From: an uncultured Bacillota bacterium
GTDB lineage: Bacteria > Bacillota_I > Bacilli_A > RFN20 > CAG-288
Assembly: GCA_949300365.1 (NCBI GenBank)
Contig: CASGEC010000001.1
Location: 249,980-313,979, forward strand
Direction of reading: 5' to 3'
DNA length: 64,000 bases
In this document: piece after piece, positions 36,419 through 46,548 of the stretch
Position numbering within the stretch: position 1 is the stretch's first letter
Layout: the number at the start of each line of letters is the position of its first letter
Program-made: the position numbers and the translations under genes
The notes under the pieces: model-generated
Seen by the model: the letters and a program-made list of their open reading frames with translations, nothing else
The model's database searches: none
What the model was told of the DNA's origin: nothing

Positions 36419-37030
36419 ATGGCTGAAGAAAAGAAGAATGGCGTTTCCGTCAAGAAGGCACATTCGGAAGGCGCCCAGAAGGCCAAGATCGTCTCGAGAC
36501 TTGAGACCTTCTACAAGGAACAGATCGTTCCCGAACTCATGAAGGAGTTCAACTACTCCTCCATCATGGAATGCCCCAAGATCGTCAAGATCGTCCTCAA
36601 CATGCGTCTTGGCGAATTCGGCTCCAACGAGAAGAACGTCGAAGAGGCCACCAAGGAAATGGCGACCATCTCCGGCCAGAAGCCTATCGTCACCAAGGCC
36701 AAGAAGTCCATCGCCAACTTCAAGCTGCGCGAGGGCGTTCCTGTCGGCGTCAAGGTGACCCTGAGAAGGTATCGCATGTACGACTTCCTCGACAAGTTCA
36801 TCAACATCGACCTTCCCCGTGTCCGTGACTTCCGCGGTATCAGCAAGGATGCCTTCGATGGTCGTGGAAACTACTCCACGGGCGTCAAGGAGCAGATGAT
36901 CTTCCCGGAAATCCAGTACGACAAGGTCAACAGGACCCAGGGTCTCGATGTCATCATCGTCACCTCGGCCAAGACCGACAAGGAAGCCTATGCCCTGCTT
37001 TCCAAGCTCGGCATGCCCTTCGCCAAGTAA
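36419..37030 (+). CDS. rplE: 50S ribosomal protein L5 (N-terminal extension)
   Basis: [20 protein letters not shown]...; 203 aa. Confidence 0.97.
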   Translation: MAEEKKNGVSVKKAHSEGAQKAKIVSRLETFYKEQIVPELMKEFNYSSIMECPKIVKIVLNMRLGEFGSNEKNVEEATKEMATISGQKPIVTKAKKSIANFKLREGVPVGVKVTLRRYRMYDFLDKFINIDLPRVRDFRGISKDAFDGRGNYSTGVKEQMIFPEIQYDKVNRTQGLDVIIVTSAKTDKEAYALLSKLGMPFAK

Positions 37031-37043
37031 GGAGGCAATCCAA

Positions 37044-37229
37044 ATGGCTAGAAAAGCATTAATGATCAAGTGCAGCAAGCCGGCCAAGTTCTCCACCAGG
37101 AATTATCGCCGTTGCTCTCGCTGCGGACGTGTCCACGGCATCATCCGCCAGTTCGGCGTCTGCCGTATCTGCCTCAGGGAAATGGCCTATCACGGCGAAA
37201 TTCCCGGCATGCACAAGTCCAGCTGGTAA
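37044..37229 (+). CDS. rpsN: 30S ribosomal protein S14, zinc-binding type Z (61 aa)
   Basis: [43 protein letters not shown] with CxxC...CxxC. The ATG at 37044 follows a GGAGG SD. Confidence 0.96.
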   Translation: MARKALMIKCSKPAKFSTRNYRRCSRCGRVHGIIRQFGVCRICLREMAYHGEIPGMHKSSW

Positions 37230-37246
37230 GGAAGGAGGAAAAGAAA

Positions 37247-37648
37247 ATGGTCAACGATACAATCGCCGACATGCTCACCCGCATCCGCAATGCCAACCTC
37301 ATGCGGAATGCCACGGTCTCCCTCCCGACTTCCAAGATGAACGAGAAGATCTGCAAGATCCTCAAAGATGAAGGCTTCATCACCGACTTCAGCGTTGTCG
37401 CCGAAGAGAAGAAGCCCTACAAGACCCTTGTCATCACCCTGAAGTACACCGCTAACGGCGACCGCGTCCTCACCGGCCTGAAGAGAATCTCTAAGCCCGG
37501 CCTCAGGATCACCGTTCCTGTCAGCAAGCTTCCCAAGGTCCTCAACGGCCTTGGCATTGCCATCGTCTCCACCTCCAAGGGCGTCATGACCGACAAGGAA
37601 GCCAGGAAGCAGAACATCGGAGGCGAGGTCCTCGCCTACGTCTGGTAA
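37247..37648 (+). CDS. rpsH: 30S ribosomal protein S8
   Basis: [18 protein letters not shown]...; ATG at 37247 after a GGAGGA SD. Confidence 0.97.
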   Translation: MVNDTIADMLTRIRNANLMRNATVSLPTSKMNEKICKILKDEGFITDFSVVAEEKKPYKTLVITLKYTANGDRVLTGLKRISKPGLRITVPVSKLPKVLNGLGIAIVSTSKGVMTDKEARKQNIGGEVLAYVW

Positions 37649-37660
37649 GGAGAAAGAATC

Positions 37661-38212
37661 ATGTCAAGAATCGGAAGGAAACCGATTGTTATCCCCGCTG
37701 GCGTCACCATCGCCATCGAAGGTAACAAGGTAACAGTCAAGGGACCCAAGGGCGAGCTCAGCCAGGTCTTCAACCCGCACATGACCTTCGAACAGAAGGA
37801 CAATGAGCTTATCGTCAAGCGTCCGAATGACTCCATTTCTATGAAGATGTTCCACGGAACGACCCGCGCCCTCATCAACAGCATGGTCGAGGGTGTCACC
37901 CAGGGCTTCACCAAGGTCCTCGAGATCAAGGGTGTCGGCTACAGGGGCGAAATGCGTGGAAAGGATCTTGTCCTCCATGTGGGCCACTCCCATGAAGACG
38001 TGATCCCGACGATCGATGGCGTCGAAGTCTCCATCAAGCAGTCCGACATCACCGTCACCGGTATCGACAAGCAGAAGGTCGGCCAGATGGCTGCCCTCAT
38101 CCGCAATGCCAAGAAGCCCGAGTGCTATCACGGCAAGGGCATCCGCTACAAGGGTGAAGTCGTCGTCCTGCGTCAGCCTGCCTCTGCCAAGAAGACGGCC
38201 GGCGGAAAGTAA
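37661..38212 (+). CDS. rplF: 50S ribosomal protein L6
   Basis: MSRIGRKPIVIPAGV... Confidence 0.97.
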   Translation: MSRIGRKPIVIPAGVTIAIEGNKVTVKGPKGELSQVFNPHMTFEQKDNELIVKRPNDSISMKMFHGTTRALINSMVEGVTQGFTKVLEIKGVGYRGEMRGKDLVLHVGHSHEDVIPTIDGVEVSIKQSDITVTGIDKQKVGQMAALIRNAKKPECYHGKGIRYKGEVVVLRQPASAKKTAGGK

Positions 38213-38227
38213 AGGAGATAAGGGAAA

Positions 38228-38584
38228 ATGTATACACCTTTTGATAGGAACGCCCAGAGAAAGCATCGCCACGTCCGTATCCGCGCCAAGATCAGCGGCA
38301 CGGCCGAGCGTCCGCGCATCTCCGTCTATCGTTCCAACAAGTTCATCTATGCCTCCGTCATCGACGACAAGGCCCACAAGACCCTGTGCTCCTCTTCCTC
38401 CGCCAAGCTTGGCCTTGAGAATCCTTCCAACATCGCCGCTGCCGCGGCCGTCGGTGAGGATCTCGCCAAGAAGGCTCTGAAGCTCAACATCAAGGAAGTT
38501 GTCTTCGATCGTTCCGGATACCAGTATCACGGACAGGTCGAGGCTCTTGCCGAAGCTTGCCGCAAGGCTGGCTTGGTCTTCTAG
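38228..38584 (+). CDS. rplR: 50S ribosomal protein L18
   Basis: [28 protein letters not shown]... Confidence 0.97.
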   Translation: MYTPFDRNAQRKHRHVRIRAKISGTAERPRISVYRSNKFIYASVIDDKAHKTLCSSSSAKLGLENPSNIAAAAAVGEDLAKKALKLNIKEVVFDRSGYQYHGQVEALAEACRKAGLVF

Positions 38585-38590
38585 GAGGCA

Positions 38591-39232
38591 ATGACAATGG
38601 AAGAAAAAGTTCAGAATACCGCTGCCCCGGCCCCGGCCAAGACCGAAGCCGCCGGCAAGGAAGGCGCCCACAGGGGTTCCTTCAACAACAGGAGAGGTGG
38701 ACAAGGCCGCAACAACAGGGGCCGCAGACCTTTCCGTCCCGAGGAGAAGCTCTACGAGGAGAAGGTCGTCAAGATCTCCCGCGTCAGCAAGACCGTCAAG
38801 GGCGGCAAGAGAATGCGTTTCACCGCCTTGGTCGTCATCGGTGATGGCAAGGGCAAGTTCGGCTATGGCCTTGGAAAGTCCACGGAAGTCCCCGAGGCCA
38901 TCAAGAAGGCCTTGGCCGCTGCCCGCAAGAACCTCTTCAAGATGCAGATCACCAAGACCGACTCCATCACCCACGCCGTCATCGGACAGTTTGGTGCCAC
39001 GAAGGTCTTCCTCAAGCCCGCTCCGGAAGGTACCGGTTTGATCGCCGGTGGTGCCGTCCGTGCCATCCTTGAGCTGGCCGGCGTCAAGAACGTCTACTCC
39101 AAGATCTATGGCTCCAGGACCCAGACCAACGCCGTCAAGGCCACGGTCGAAGGCCTCCGTCAGCTGAAGACCTACGAGGATGTCCTCACCAAGCGCTATG
39201 GCAAGTCCCTCAGCGCCGGCGAGAAGAAGTAA
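38591..39232 (+). CDS. rpsE: 30S ribosomal protein S5 (about 45-aa N-terminal G/R/N-rich extension)
   Basis: Core EKVVKISRVSKTVKGGKRMRFTALVVIGDG..., preceded by AAPAPAKTEAAGKEG...RRGGQGRNNRGRRPFRPEE. Confidence 0.96.
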   Translation: MTMEEKVQNTAAPAPAKTEAAGKEGAHRGSFNNRRGGQGRNNRGRRPFRPEEKLYEEKVVKISRVSKTVKGGKRMRFTALVVIGDGKGKFGYGLGKSTEVPEAIKKALAAARKNLFKMQITKTDSITHAVIGQFGATKVFLKPAPEGTGLIAGGAVRAILELAGVKNVYSKIYGSRTQTNAVKATVEGLRQLKTYEDVLTKRYGKSLSAGEKK

Positions 39233-39244
39233 GGAGGTTTCCCC

Positions 39245-39751
39245 ATGGATTTGAACAATCTCAAGATCGCCAAGGGTTCCCGCCACCTCCCCAAGAGAGT
39301 GGGACTCGGCATCGGTTCCGGCCTTGGAAAGACCTCGGCCAGAGGTCAGAAGGGTCAGGGTGCCAGACAGGGCCCGAAGGTTCCCGTCGGCTTTGAGGGC
39401 GGACAGCTCCCGCTCTTTAGAAGGGTTCCGAAGCATGGCTTCGTCAACCACGGCCGCGTCCAGTACCAGGCCATCAACGTCAAGGATCTGGAGAAGACCG
39501 GCCTTGAGAACGGCGCTGTCGTCGACAACATCGTCCTCATGGAACTCGGCCTCATCAAGAACCTGAACACACCCGTCAAGCTTTTGGGCAAGGGCGAGCT
39601 CACCAAGAAACTTGCCATCAGCCTCCAAGCATTCAGCAAGAACGCGAAGGACATCGTCGAGAAGGCCGGTGGCAGTTGCACGGTGCTCTCCTTGAAAGAC
39701 GCCAGAGTCCGTTTCAAGGCTCACGTCTCAGAGGAAGAAAAGGGTGAATAA
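39245..39751 (+). CDS. rplO: 50S ribosomal protein L15
   Basis: LGIGSGLGKTSARGQKGQGARQG...; starts 13 nt after the rpsE stop. Confidence 0.96.
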   Translation: MDLNNLKIAKGSRHLPKRVGLGIGSGLGKTSARGQKGQGARQGPKVPVGFEGGQLPLFRRVPKHGFVNHGRVQYQAINVKDLEKTGLENGAVVDNIVLMELGLIKNLNTPVKLLGKGELTKKLAISLQAFSKNAKDIVEKAGGSCTVLSLKDARVRFKAHVSEEEKGE

Positions 39752-41094
39752 TGAAACAGGTAGCCGCATTTTTCCATAACAAAGAGGTCCTCAATCGCAT
39801 TCTTTTCACCCTCGCCATCTTCTTTGTCTTCAGAATCGGATCGGCTATTACTGTTCCCGGAGTCACGATCGAAAACGACATCTTCAGCGATACCACCAAC
39901 GCCTTCTCCCTGTTGAACATGATGGGTGGAGGAGCCCTGCAGAACTTCTCCCTCCTCGCTCTGGGCGTTTCCCCCTACATCACCTCCTCCATCATCATCC
40001 AGCTTCTCTCCATGGACGTCCTTCCCGCACTGACGCAGATGACGAAGGAAGGCGAGACCGGAAGGAAGCGTCTTAACGTCGTCACGCGTATCCTGGCTGT
40101 CGTCCTTGCGGCGGTCCAGGCCTATGGCATCATCGTCGCCATCGCCAACTCCGATGGTATCACCCTGGACGACACCTCCGCGTGGGGCTACACCAAGGTC
40201 ATCATCTTCATGACGGCCGGTTCGATGATGCTCAACTGGCTGGGCGACCAGATCACGGACAAGGGTATCGGAAACGGTATCTCCGTCCTCATCTTCGCCG
40301 GTATCATCTCTTCCCTTCCTGCCCAGATCATGGACGCCTTCACCAACTTCCTCGGCGACAAGGTCTCCGGTGGCGATGCCCCGCTGATCCTCGAGGGAAC
40401 GGTGCAGATCGTCCTCTACTTCCTTGCCTTCCTTGCCATCATCGTCTTCGTCACCTTCATCGAGAAGAGTATCCGCAAGCTCCCTGTCAGCCACTCCAAC
40501 ACGAGCCAGAACAACGAGCTGACAAGCCAGCAGTCCTCCTTCCTCCCCATCAAGGTCAATGCCTCTTCCGTCATGCCCGTCATCTTCGCTTCCTCCATCA
40601 TGGTCGCGCCCTCGATCATCATCTCCCTCTTCAACACGACGGGGACGACGCCCCATTGGGCACAGGTCGTCATGGACGTCTTCAACTATCAGGCGATGAC
40701 GCCGCTCACGGATGACTTCAGCTTCCCCTTCGGAACGATCATCTACGCGGTCCTCATCATCCTCTTCTCCTACTTCTACGCCCAGCTGCAGATCAATCCC
40801 GAAAGGATCGCGGAGAACTTCCAGACCTCGGGTACGTATATCACGGGAATCAAGCCCGGCATGGAGACGGAACGCTATGTGAGCCGCGTCCTCAACCGCA
40901 TCACCTTCATGGGCTCCATGGCCTTGACGCTCATCGCCCTGCTTCCTGTCATCCTCTCCCTGACGGGTGCGGTCCCCACTTCCCTATCCTTGGGCGGTAC
41001 CGGCCTCATCATCGTCGTCGGCGTCGCCTTGGAAGTCTCGAATCAGATTGCCGGCATCCTGGCCGGCCACGGCTACGCGGAGAGTGAACTGTAA
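39751..41094 (+). CDS. secY: Preprotein translocase subunit SecY
   Basis: 447 aa, 10-TM profile, GVSPYITSSIIIQLL motif. Confidence 0.97.
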   Translation: MKQVAAFFHNKEVLNRILFTLAIFFVFRIGSAITVPGVTIENDIFSDTTNAFSLLNMMGGGALQNFSLLALGVSPYITSSIIIQLLSMDVLPALTQMTKEGETGRKRLNVVTRILAVVLAAVQAYGIIVAIANSDGITLDDTSAWGYTKVIIFMTAGSMMLNWLGDQITDKGIGNGISVLIFAGIISSLPAQIMDAFTNFLGDKVSGGDAPLILEGTVQIVLYFLAFLAIIVFVTFIEKSIRKLPVSHSNTSQNNELTSQQSSFLPIKVNASSVMPVIFASSIMVAPSIIISLFNTTGTTPHWAQVVMDVFNYQAMTPLTDDFSFPFGTIIYAVLIILFSYFYAQLQINPERIAENFQTSGTYITGIKPGMETERYVSRVLNRITFMGSMALTLIALLPVILSLTGAVPTSLSLGGTGLIIVVGVALEVSNQIAGILAGHGYAESEL

Positions 41095-41095
41095 T

Positions 41096-41761
41096 ATGGC
41101 ACAAAACGAAGAGAAGAACATCATCATCATGGGTCCCCCGGCTGCTGGCAAGGGGACTCAGTCGGAGCTGATCGTCAAGGCCTATGATCTCCCCCACATA
41201 TCCACTGGCGACATGTTCCGCTCGGCCCTGAAGGAACAGACCCCTCTGAGCATCCAAGCCGGCAAGTTCATGGCCGAAGGAAAGCTCGTCCCCGACGAAG
41301 TCACCATCGGCCTTGTCGAAGAGCGCCTTGCCAAGGACGATTGCCGCAAGGGATTCCTGTTGGATGGTTTCCCCAGGACCGTCGTCCAGGCCGAAGCGCT
41401 CAAGAAGATCCTGGAGAAGACGGGACGGAAGATCACCTGCGTCCTGGTCCTTGAGGCCGAGGATGAAGAGCTGATCGACCGCATCGCTTCCCGCCGTGTC
41501 TGCCCGAAGTGCGGTGCCTCCTACAACCTGAAGACGAAGAAGCCGAAGGTCGAAGGCATCTGCGACAACTGCGGCGAGAAGATCATCCTCCGTCAGGATG
41601 ACCGTCCCGAATCCTTTAAGGTCCGTCTCGAAGACTACAGGAAGAAGACGCTCCCCCTTGTCGACTACTATCGCAAGGAAGGGGTCGTCAAGGAAATCGA
41701 TGCCCTCGACAGCATCGACAACGTCTTCCATCACATCCAGGAGTCGCTTGAGACCGAATGA
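41096..41761 (+). CDS. adk: Adenylate kinase (zinc-lid type)
   Basis: GPPAAGKGTQ P-loop and lid CPKCG...CDNCG. ATG at 41096; the track start at 40967 was rejected. Confidence 0.96.
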   Translation: MAQNEEKNIIIMGPPAAGKGTQSELIVKAYDLPHISTGDMFRSALKEQTPLSIQAGKFMAEGKLVPDEVTIGLVEERLAKDDCRKGFLLDGFPRTVVQAEALKKILEKTGRKITCVLVLEAEDEELIDRIASRRVCPKCGASYNLKTKKPKVEGICDNCGEKIILRQDDRPESFKVRLEDYRKKTLPLVDYYRKEGVVKEIDALDSIDNVFHHIQESLETE

Positions 41762-42558
41762 TCACGCTCAAGACGAAAGCCGAGATGGATAACCTGGTCG
41801 CGGTCGGGGCGAAGCTTGGGAGGGTCTTCGATCGGCTCTCCCAGGAGATCCGCCCTGGCCGTTCCACCTACGAGATCAGCCATCTGGCCAAGAAATTCCT
41901 GCGCGAGGAAGGCTGCAAGCCGACCTTCGAGGGATACGACGGATTCCCCGGAGCGGTTTGTGCCTCGGTCAATTCGACCCTGATCCACGGAATCCCCCGC
42001 AAGGATATCCTCCTCAAGGAAGGCGACATCCTCTCCATCGACATGGGCAACGTCGACGACTCGGGGATGCAAGGGGACGCCTGTCGGACGTTTGCCGTCG
42101 GAAATGTCTCCGCTGAAGCGCAAGAGCTCATCCGCTGCAGCGAAGAATGTTTCTTTGAAGCCTACAAGATCCTCAAGCCCGGCATCCACCTCCACGAAAT
42201 CTCCATGGCCATCCAGAGAGTCGCCGACAAATACGGTTTCTCCCTGGTGAAGGAATACGGCGGCCATGGCCTGGGAAGGGAGATGCATGAGGATCCCTTC
42301 ATCTACAACTACTACGATGCGACTCTCGGACTGGGGCCGATTCTCCGCGAGGGGATGTGCCTTGCCATCGAACCGATGGTCATGCTCGGAAAGCCTGAGA
42401 TCGACGTTCTCGACGATGGCTGGACAGTCAAGAGCCGGGACGGGAAGATCAACGCCCACTACGAGAACGACGTCATCATCACGTCCACGGGAGCCATCAT
42501 CACATCCGTCGACTCCAACGTGAGAAGACATCTAAGCGAATTGGAGAACAAGAAATGA
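41758..42558 (+). CDS. map: Methionine aminopeptidase type I
   Basis: Metal ligands in [23 protein letters not shown] and ENDVII. ATGA overlap with adk. Confidence 0.95.
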   Translation: MITLKTKAEMDNLVAVGAKLGRVFDRLSQEIRPGRSTYEISHLAKKFLREEGCKPTFEGYDGFPGAVCASVNSTLIHGIPRKDILLKEGDILSIDMGNVDDSGMQGDACRTFAVGNVSAEAQELIRCSEECFFEAYKILKPGIHLHEISMAIQRVADKYGFSLVKEYGGHGLGREMHEDPFIYNYYDATLGLGPILREGMCLAIEPMVMLGKPEIDVLDDGWTVKSRDGKINAHYENDVIITSTGAIITSVDSNVRRHLSELENKK

Positions 42559-42773
42559 GCAGAGAAGATTTCATCAAGATGGAGGGCACCGTCATCGACA
42601 CCCTCCCCGCCGAGAAATATTCGGTAAAGCTCGACGGAGGCGCCATGATCCGAGCCAGAATCTCCGGCAAGATGCGCATGAACAAGATCCGCATCCTCCC
42701 CGGCGATAGGGTCACGGTTGAAATCTCCCCGTATGATGTCACCAATGGCTGCATAGTCTACCGATACAAGTAA
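42555..42773 (+). CDS. infA: Translation initiation factor IF-1
   Basis: [21 protein letters not shown]...[16 protein letters not shown]. Confidence 0.97.
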   Translation: MSREDFIKMEGTVIDTLPAEKYSVKLDGGAMIRARISGKMRMNKIRILPGDRVTVEISPYDVTNGCIVYRYK

Positions 42774-42787
42774 GGAGGAAGCCACAC

Positions 42788-42901
42788 ATGAAAGTCAGAG
42801 CTTCAGTCAAGCCGATTTGCGACAAGTGCCGTGTCATCAAGCGCAAGGGCAGAGTCATGGTCATCTGCTCCAACCCCAAGCACAAGCAGAGACAGGGCTA
42901 A
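42788..42901 (+). CDS. rpmJ: 50S ribosomal protein L36 (37 aa; below the ORF-track length cutoff)
   Basis: Own translation: [37 protein letters not shown]. Lies between infA and rpsM, after a GGAGGA SD. Confidence 0.95.
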   Translation: MKVRASVKPICDKCRVIKRKGRVMVICSNPKHKQRQG

Positions 42902-42919
42902 GGAGGAAAGAAAAAGAAT

Positions 42920-43297
42920 ATGGCAAGAATCGCTGGAGTCGATATCCCGAACGACAAGCAGTTGGTCTATTCCCTCAGATACATCTACGGAATCGGACTG
43001 ACCCGTGCCAAGAAGATCTGTGCCGACGCCAAGGTCGATCCGACCAAGCGCGTCAAGGACTGCACGGAGGAGGAACTCACCGCCGTCCGTAACCAAGTCT
43101 CCAAGTACGTCGTCGAAGGTGATCTCCGCAGGGAAGTCGCCCTCAACATCAAGAGACTCGAGGAAATCGGAACCTACCGCGGAAACAGGCATAAGAAGAG
43201 CCTTCCCTGCCGCGGCCAGAGAGACAAGACGAACGCCAGGACCTGCAAGGGCCCGAGAAAGACGGTTGCCAACCACAAGAAGGCCACCATCGGCTAA
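42920..43297 (+). CDS. rpsM: 30S ribosomal protein S13
   Basis: [26 protein letters not shown]... Confidence 0.97.
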   Translation: MARIAGVDIPNDKQLVYSLRYIYGIGLTRAKKICADAKVDPTKRVKDCTEEELTAVRNQVSKYVVEGDLRREVALNIKRLEEIGTYRGNRHKKSLPCRGQRDKTNARTCKGPRKTVANHKKATIG

Positions 43298-43315
43298 AGA
43301 AGAGAGGTAACAACA

Positions 43316-43762
43316 ATGGCTGAAATCGCTAAGAGCACCGCTGCCAAGGCCACTACGACGACCAAGGCTGCCAAGGGCAAGAAGACGACTATCCGCAAGA
43401 AGAAGACCAAGCTCGGATTCACCAAGGGAGTTGCCCACATCCACGCTTCCTACTCCAACACCATCGTCTCCATCTCCGATGAGCAGGGACGCGTCATCGC
43501 CTGGGCCAGTGCCGGAACCTGCGGCATGTCCGGATCCCGTAAGTCCACACCGTTTGCCGCCCAGGTCGCCGCGAGCACCGTCGCCAAGACCTGCTTCGAG
43601 AGAGGCCTCCGTCAGGTCGATGTCGAAGTCAAGGGCCCCGGCCCGGGCAGGGAAACCGCTGTCCGCGCCCTCGAGGCGAGTGGACTGAAGGTCCTTTCCA
43701 TCTCCGATGTCACTCCCATTCCGCACAACGGCTGCCGTCCGCCCAAGAGACCGCGTGGCTAA
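43316..43762 (+). CDS. rpsK: 30S ribosomal protein S11 (N-terminal extension)
   Basis: [21 protein letters not shown]...KRPRG. Confidence 0.97.
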   Translation: MAEIAKSTAAKATTTTKAAKGKKTTIRKKKTKLGFTKGVAHIHASYSNTIVSISDEQGRVIAWASAGTCGMSGSRKSTPFAAQVAASTVAKTCFERGLRQVDVEVKGPGPGRETAVRALEASGLKVLSISDVTPIPHNGCRPPKRPRG

Positions 43763-43778
43763 ATAAAGGAGGAAGGAA

Positions 43779-44744
43779 ATGAAAGAATTCGAAAAGCCGT
43801 CATTCGAGATCAACAAGGACGATATCACCTCGACGCAGGGACGTTTCGTCATCTCGCCCCTTGAGAGCGGCTTCGGAGTCACCGTGGGGAACGCTTTGCG
43901 GCGTGTCCTCCTTTCCTCCCTTCCCGGTCTTGCCGTCTATGCCATCGAGGTCGAGGGTGCCCAGCATGAGTACTCCCAGCTCGAAGGCGTGTTCGAAGAC
44001 CTTGTCCAGATCGTCCTGAACATCAAGAAGCTCGTCCTGAAGGACGAACTCGAGGACGACAATGCCGACTATACGCTCAAGCTCGACGTCCACGGCGAGA
44101 AGGAAGTCAAGGCCGGCTTCATCGTCTGCCCAGACATGGTCTCCGTCGTCAACAAGGATCTGACCCTCTGCCACCTGACCGAGAACGGCCACATCAAGAT
44201 GACCCTCCACGCCAGGAGAGGAAGAGGACTCGTCCTTGCCGAAGACAACAAGAACCCCAACTGGCCGATCGGCTGGATCGCCGTCGACAGCAACTTCTCC
44301 CCGATCCTCAAGGTCCAGACCATCATCGATCCCGACCGTGTCGGACATGATGCCAGTTACGAGAAGCTGACCGTCGATGTCACGACCGATGGTTCGATGA
44401 CGCCACAGGCGGCCGTCGCCCTCGCCAGCAAGATCCTCGACGAACACTTCAAGCTCTTCGAGGACCTCGACGAGAAGGTCAAGAACGCCACCATCATGAC
44501 GACCAAGCAGGAAACCACGGAAAAGAACTTCTCCTCCATCTCCCTGGAGGATCTCGATCTCTCCGTCCGTTCCTACAACTGCCTGAAGAGAAACGGCCTC
44601 AAGACCGTTCAGGATCTCTGCAACATGAAGGAGAGCGAGCTGATGACCGTCCGCAACCTTGGCAAGAAGTCCTACAAGGAAATTCTCGACAAGCTTGCCG
44701 CCATCGGCCTTTCCCTCCAGCATGACGACAGTACGAAAAAGTGA
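43779..44744 (+). CDS. rpoA: DNA-directed RNA polymerase subunit alpha
   Basis: GRFVISPLESGFGVTVGNALRRVLLSSLPG and C-terminal domain LDLSVRSYNCLKRNGLKTV. Confidence 0.97.
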   Translation: MKEFEKPSFEINKDDITSTQGRFVISPLESGFGVTVGNALRRVLLSSLPGLAVYAIEVEGAQHEYSQLEGVFEDLVQIVLNIKKLVLKDELEDDNADYTLKLDVHGEKEVKAGFIVCPDMVSVVNKDLTLCHLTENGHIKMTLHARRGRGLVLAEDNKNPNWPIGWIAVDSNFSPILKVQTIIDPDRVGHDASYEKLTVDVTTDGSMTPQAAVALASKILDEHFKLFEDLDEKVKNATIMTTKQETTEKNFSSISLEDLDLSVRSYNCLKRNGLKTVQDLCNMKESELMTVRNLGKKSYKEILDKLAAIGLSLQHDDSTKK

Positions 44745-44755
44745 GGTAATTCAAC

Positions 44756-45163
44756 ATGGCTACAATCGGAAGAAAGAACGTCCACGGTAAGGGCGGCGTC
44801 CGCTTCAAGGCGGGCTATACCTCCGACAAGATGAAGAACATGCTGAGGAACGTCGTTTCCCAGCTCATCATCTCCGGACAGGTCGAGGTCACACTCGAAG
44901 TCGCCAAGCGCGCCCAGCAGAAGGCCGAGCGCATGGTCACCTTCGCCAAGAAGGGCGATCTCGCCTCCAGAAGGCAGGCTGCCCGCTTCGTCCGCGAGGA
45001 AGGCTTCGTCGATCCCAAGACCAACAAGAACGCCCTCCAGAAGCTCTTCGAGGTCTATGGCCCGAAGTACAAGGACAGAAACGGCGGCTATACCCGCATC
45101 CTCAAGACCACCAACAGAAGGGGCGACAACGCCCAGCTTGCCATCCTTGCCTTCGTCGACTAA
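44756..45163 (+). CDS. rplQ: 50S ribosomal protein L17
   Basis: MLRNVVSQLIISGQVEVTLEVAKRAQ...GGYTRILK. Confidence 0.96.
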   Translation: MATIGRKNVHGKGGVRFKAGYTSDKMKNMLRNVVSQLIISGQVEVTLEVAKRAQQKAERMVTFAKKGDLASRRQAARFVREEGFVDPKTNKNALQKLFEVYGPKYKDRNGGYTRILKTTNRRGDNAQLAILAFVD

Positions 45164-45176
45164 GGAATAAAGCACG

Positions 45177-45200
45177 GGGGAGCCCAAAAGCTCCCCTTTT
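45177..45200 (+). terminator. Terminator of the alpha operon
   Basis: ggggagc-ccaaaa-gctcccc followed by tttt. Confidence 0.75.
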
Positions 45201-45208
45201 CGATACGG

Positions 45209-45227
45209 AAAAAGCCCCGTCAGGGGC
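45209..45227 (-). terminator. Terminator after tRNA-Thr
   Basis: Minus strand gcccc-tgac-ggggc followed by ttttt. Confidence 0.6.
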
Positions 45228-45240
45228 CTATGTTTCCAAG

Positions 45241-45316
<76 letters not shown>

Positions 45317-45326
45317 AGCGAAGAAT

Positions 45327-45355
45327 ATTCTATTACACCACTAGGCCATCTTCAA
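45327..45355 (-). promoter_or_regulatory. tRNA-Thr promoter TTGAAG-17-TAGAAT
   Basis: Minus strand ttgaag atggcctagtggtgtaa tagaat, ending 10 nt before the tRNA 5' end. Confidence 0.65.
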
Positions 45356-45475
45356 GCGGAAATTTCAATCCTTTGGAGAAAGTCCCGAAGTTCCTTTTTG
45401 CTGAAAAGCCAATAACAAAGCAAGCTAACGGCGTCCCTTTTCGGCTATAATAGAAGGCAGTTAGGAGTCAGACGA

Positions 45476-45853
45476 ATGGAAAACAGAAGCCGCGTCGAAC
45501 GCTACAAGGACCTAAGACGGAAGATCGAGAACATGGACCGCTATTCCTTTGCCGAGACCGCAACGTCCAAGAGAAACCTTCCTCAGCACGGCTCTTTGGA
45601 GACCTCGAACAAGAACAAGGGCATCACCAAGAATACCCTCAACATGTCCATCGAGGAGCTCATCCATGAGAACGACGTCTACGCGGAAGAACAGAAGAAG
45701 AAGGAAATCAAGGAAAAATATCGACAGGAAAAGAGAAAGACGTTCCATCTGGAAAAGAGCGACGTGCTGCGGCTTGTCCTCTTTCTGGCCATCGGCCTGA
45801 TCCTGATCGTCGCAATCACGCTCATCGTCCTGTTGGCTACGGAGGTCATCTGA
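45476..45853 (+). CDS. Hypothetical K/E-rich protein with a C-terminal TM anchor (125 aa)
   Basis: AGGAG SD. The stop overlaps the cmk start. C-terminal LRLVLFLAIGLILIVAITLIVLLA. Confidence 0.6.
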   Translation: MENRSRVERYKDLRRKIENMDRYSFAETATSKRNLPQHGSLETSNKNKGITKNTLNMSIEELIHENDVYAEEQKKKEIKEKYRQEKRKTFHLEKSDVLRLVLFLAIGLILIVAITLIVLLATEVI

Positions 45854-46548
45854 TGGAAAGACATTATGCAATCGCGATCGACGGACCGGCCGCATCCGGG
45901 AAATCGACCGCGGCCAAGGGAGTCAGCAAGATATTGGACTTCCTCTACATCGATACCGGTGCCATGTACCGCGCCTTTACCCTCTATATGATGGAACAGG
46001 GAAAGGATCCCAAGAAGGAAGAGGATGCCCTTCTTCTCCTTCCTTCCTTTGAGATGAGCGAGGATAGCAAAGGCCATGTCTATCTCTTTAAGGAAGACGT
46101 GACCAAGCGCGTCCGGGAAAGGGATGTCTCCGCCCTTGTCTCCTATGCCTGCGCCTATAAGGCCGTGCGGGAGAAAATGGTCGAGATCCAAAGGGCGATG
46201 GCCGAAAGGAATTCCGTCGTCATGGACGGAAGGGATATCGGAACGGTCGTCCTTCCCCATGCGGACTTGAAGATCTATCAGGTCGCAAGCGTCAAAGCCC
46301 GGGCCAAAAGACGGTATCTGGAAAACCAGGAGAAAGGCATTCCCTGCTCCCTCAAGGAAATCGAGGAAGACATCGAGAAAAGGGACTATATCGACTCCCA
46401 CAGGGAGAACTCGCCATTGACGAAGGCCGAGGATGCCATCCTTCTGGACACTTCCGAGATGACGATCCAGGAAGAGATAGAGACAATCGTTTCCCTCTTC
46501 CGCAAGAAAGTTGGTGAATCATGGAAAGATACGGAACAGTCGCATTGA
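45853..46548 (+). CDS. cmk: Cytidylate kinase
   Basis: IAIDGPAASGKST P-loop and YIDTGAMYRA. Confidence 0.93.
   Translation: MERHYAIAIDGPAASGKSTAAKGVSKILDFLYIDTGAMYRAFTLYMMEQGKDPKKEEDALLLLPSFEMSEDSKGHVYLFKEDVTKRVRERDVSALVSYACAYKAVREKMVEIQRAMAERNSVVMDGRDIGTVVLPHADLKIYQVASVKARAKRRYLENQEKGIPCSLKEIEEDIEKRDYIDSHRENSPLTKAEDAILLDTSEMTIQEEIETIVSLFRKKVGESWKDTEQSH

Noticed and set aside
37664-39724. 686-codon antisense ORF running across rplF, rplR, rpsE and rplO, with similar long antisense ORFs at 30280-31899, 53251-55554, 12509-14158, 18418-19734, 46386-47573, 28884-29999, 23847-25280 and 20889-21776.
   Set aside because: Each lies opposite a confidently identified gene and crosses several gene boundaries. 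The products are low-complexity (G/D/L/V/A-rich). The likely cause is that sense codons rarely use TTA, CTA or TCA, so the antisense frame lacks stop codons. These are shadow ORFs rather than genes.
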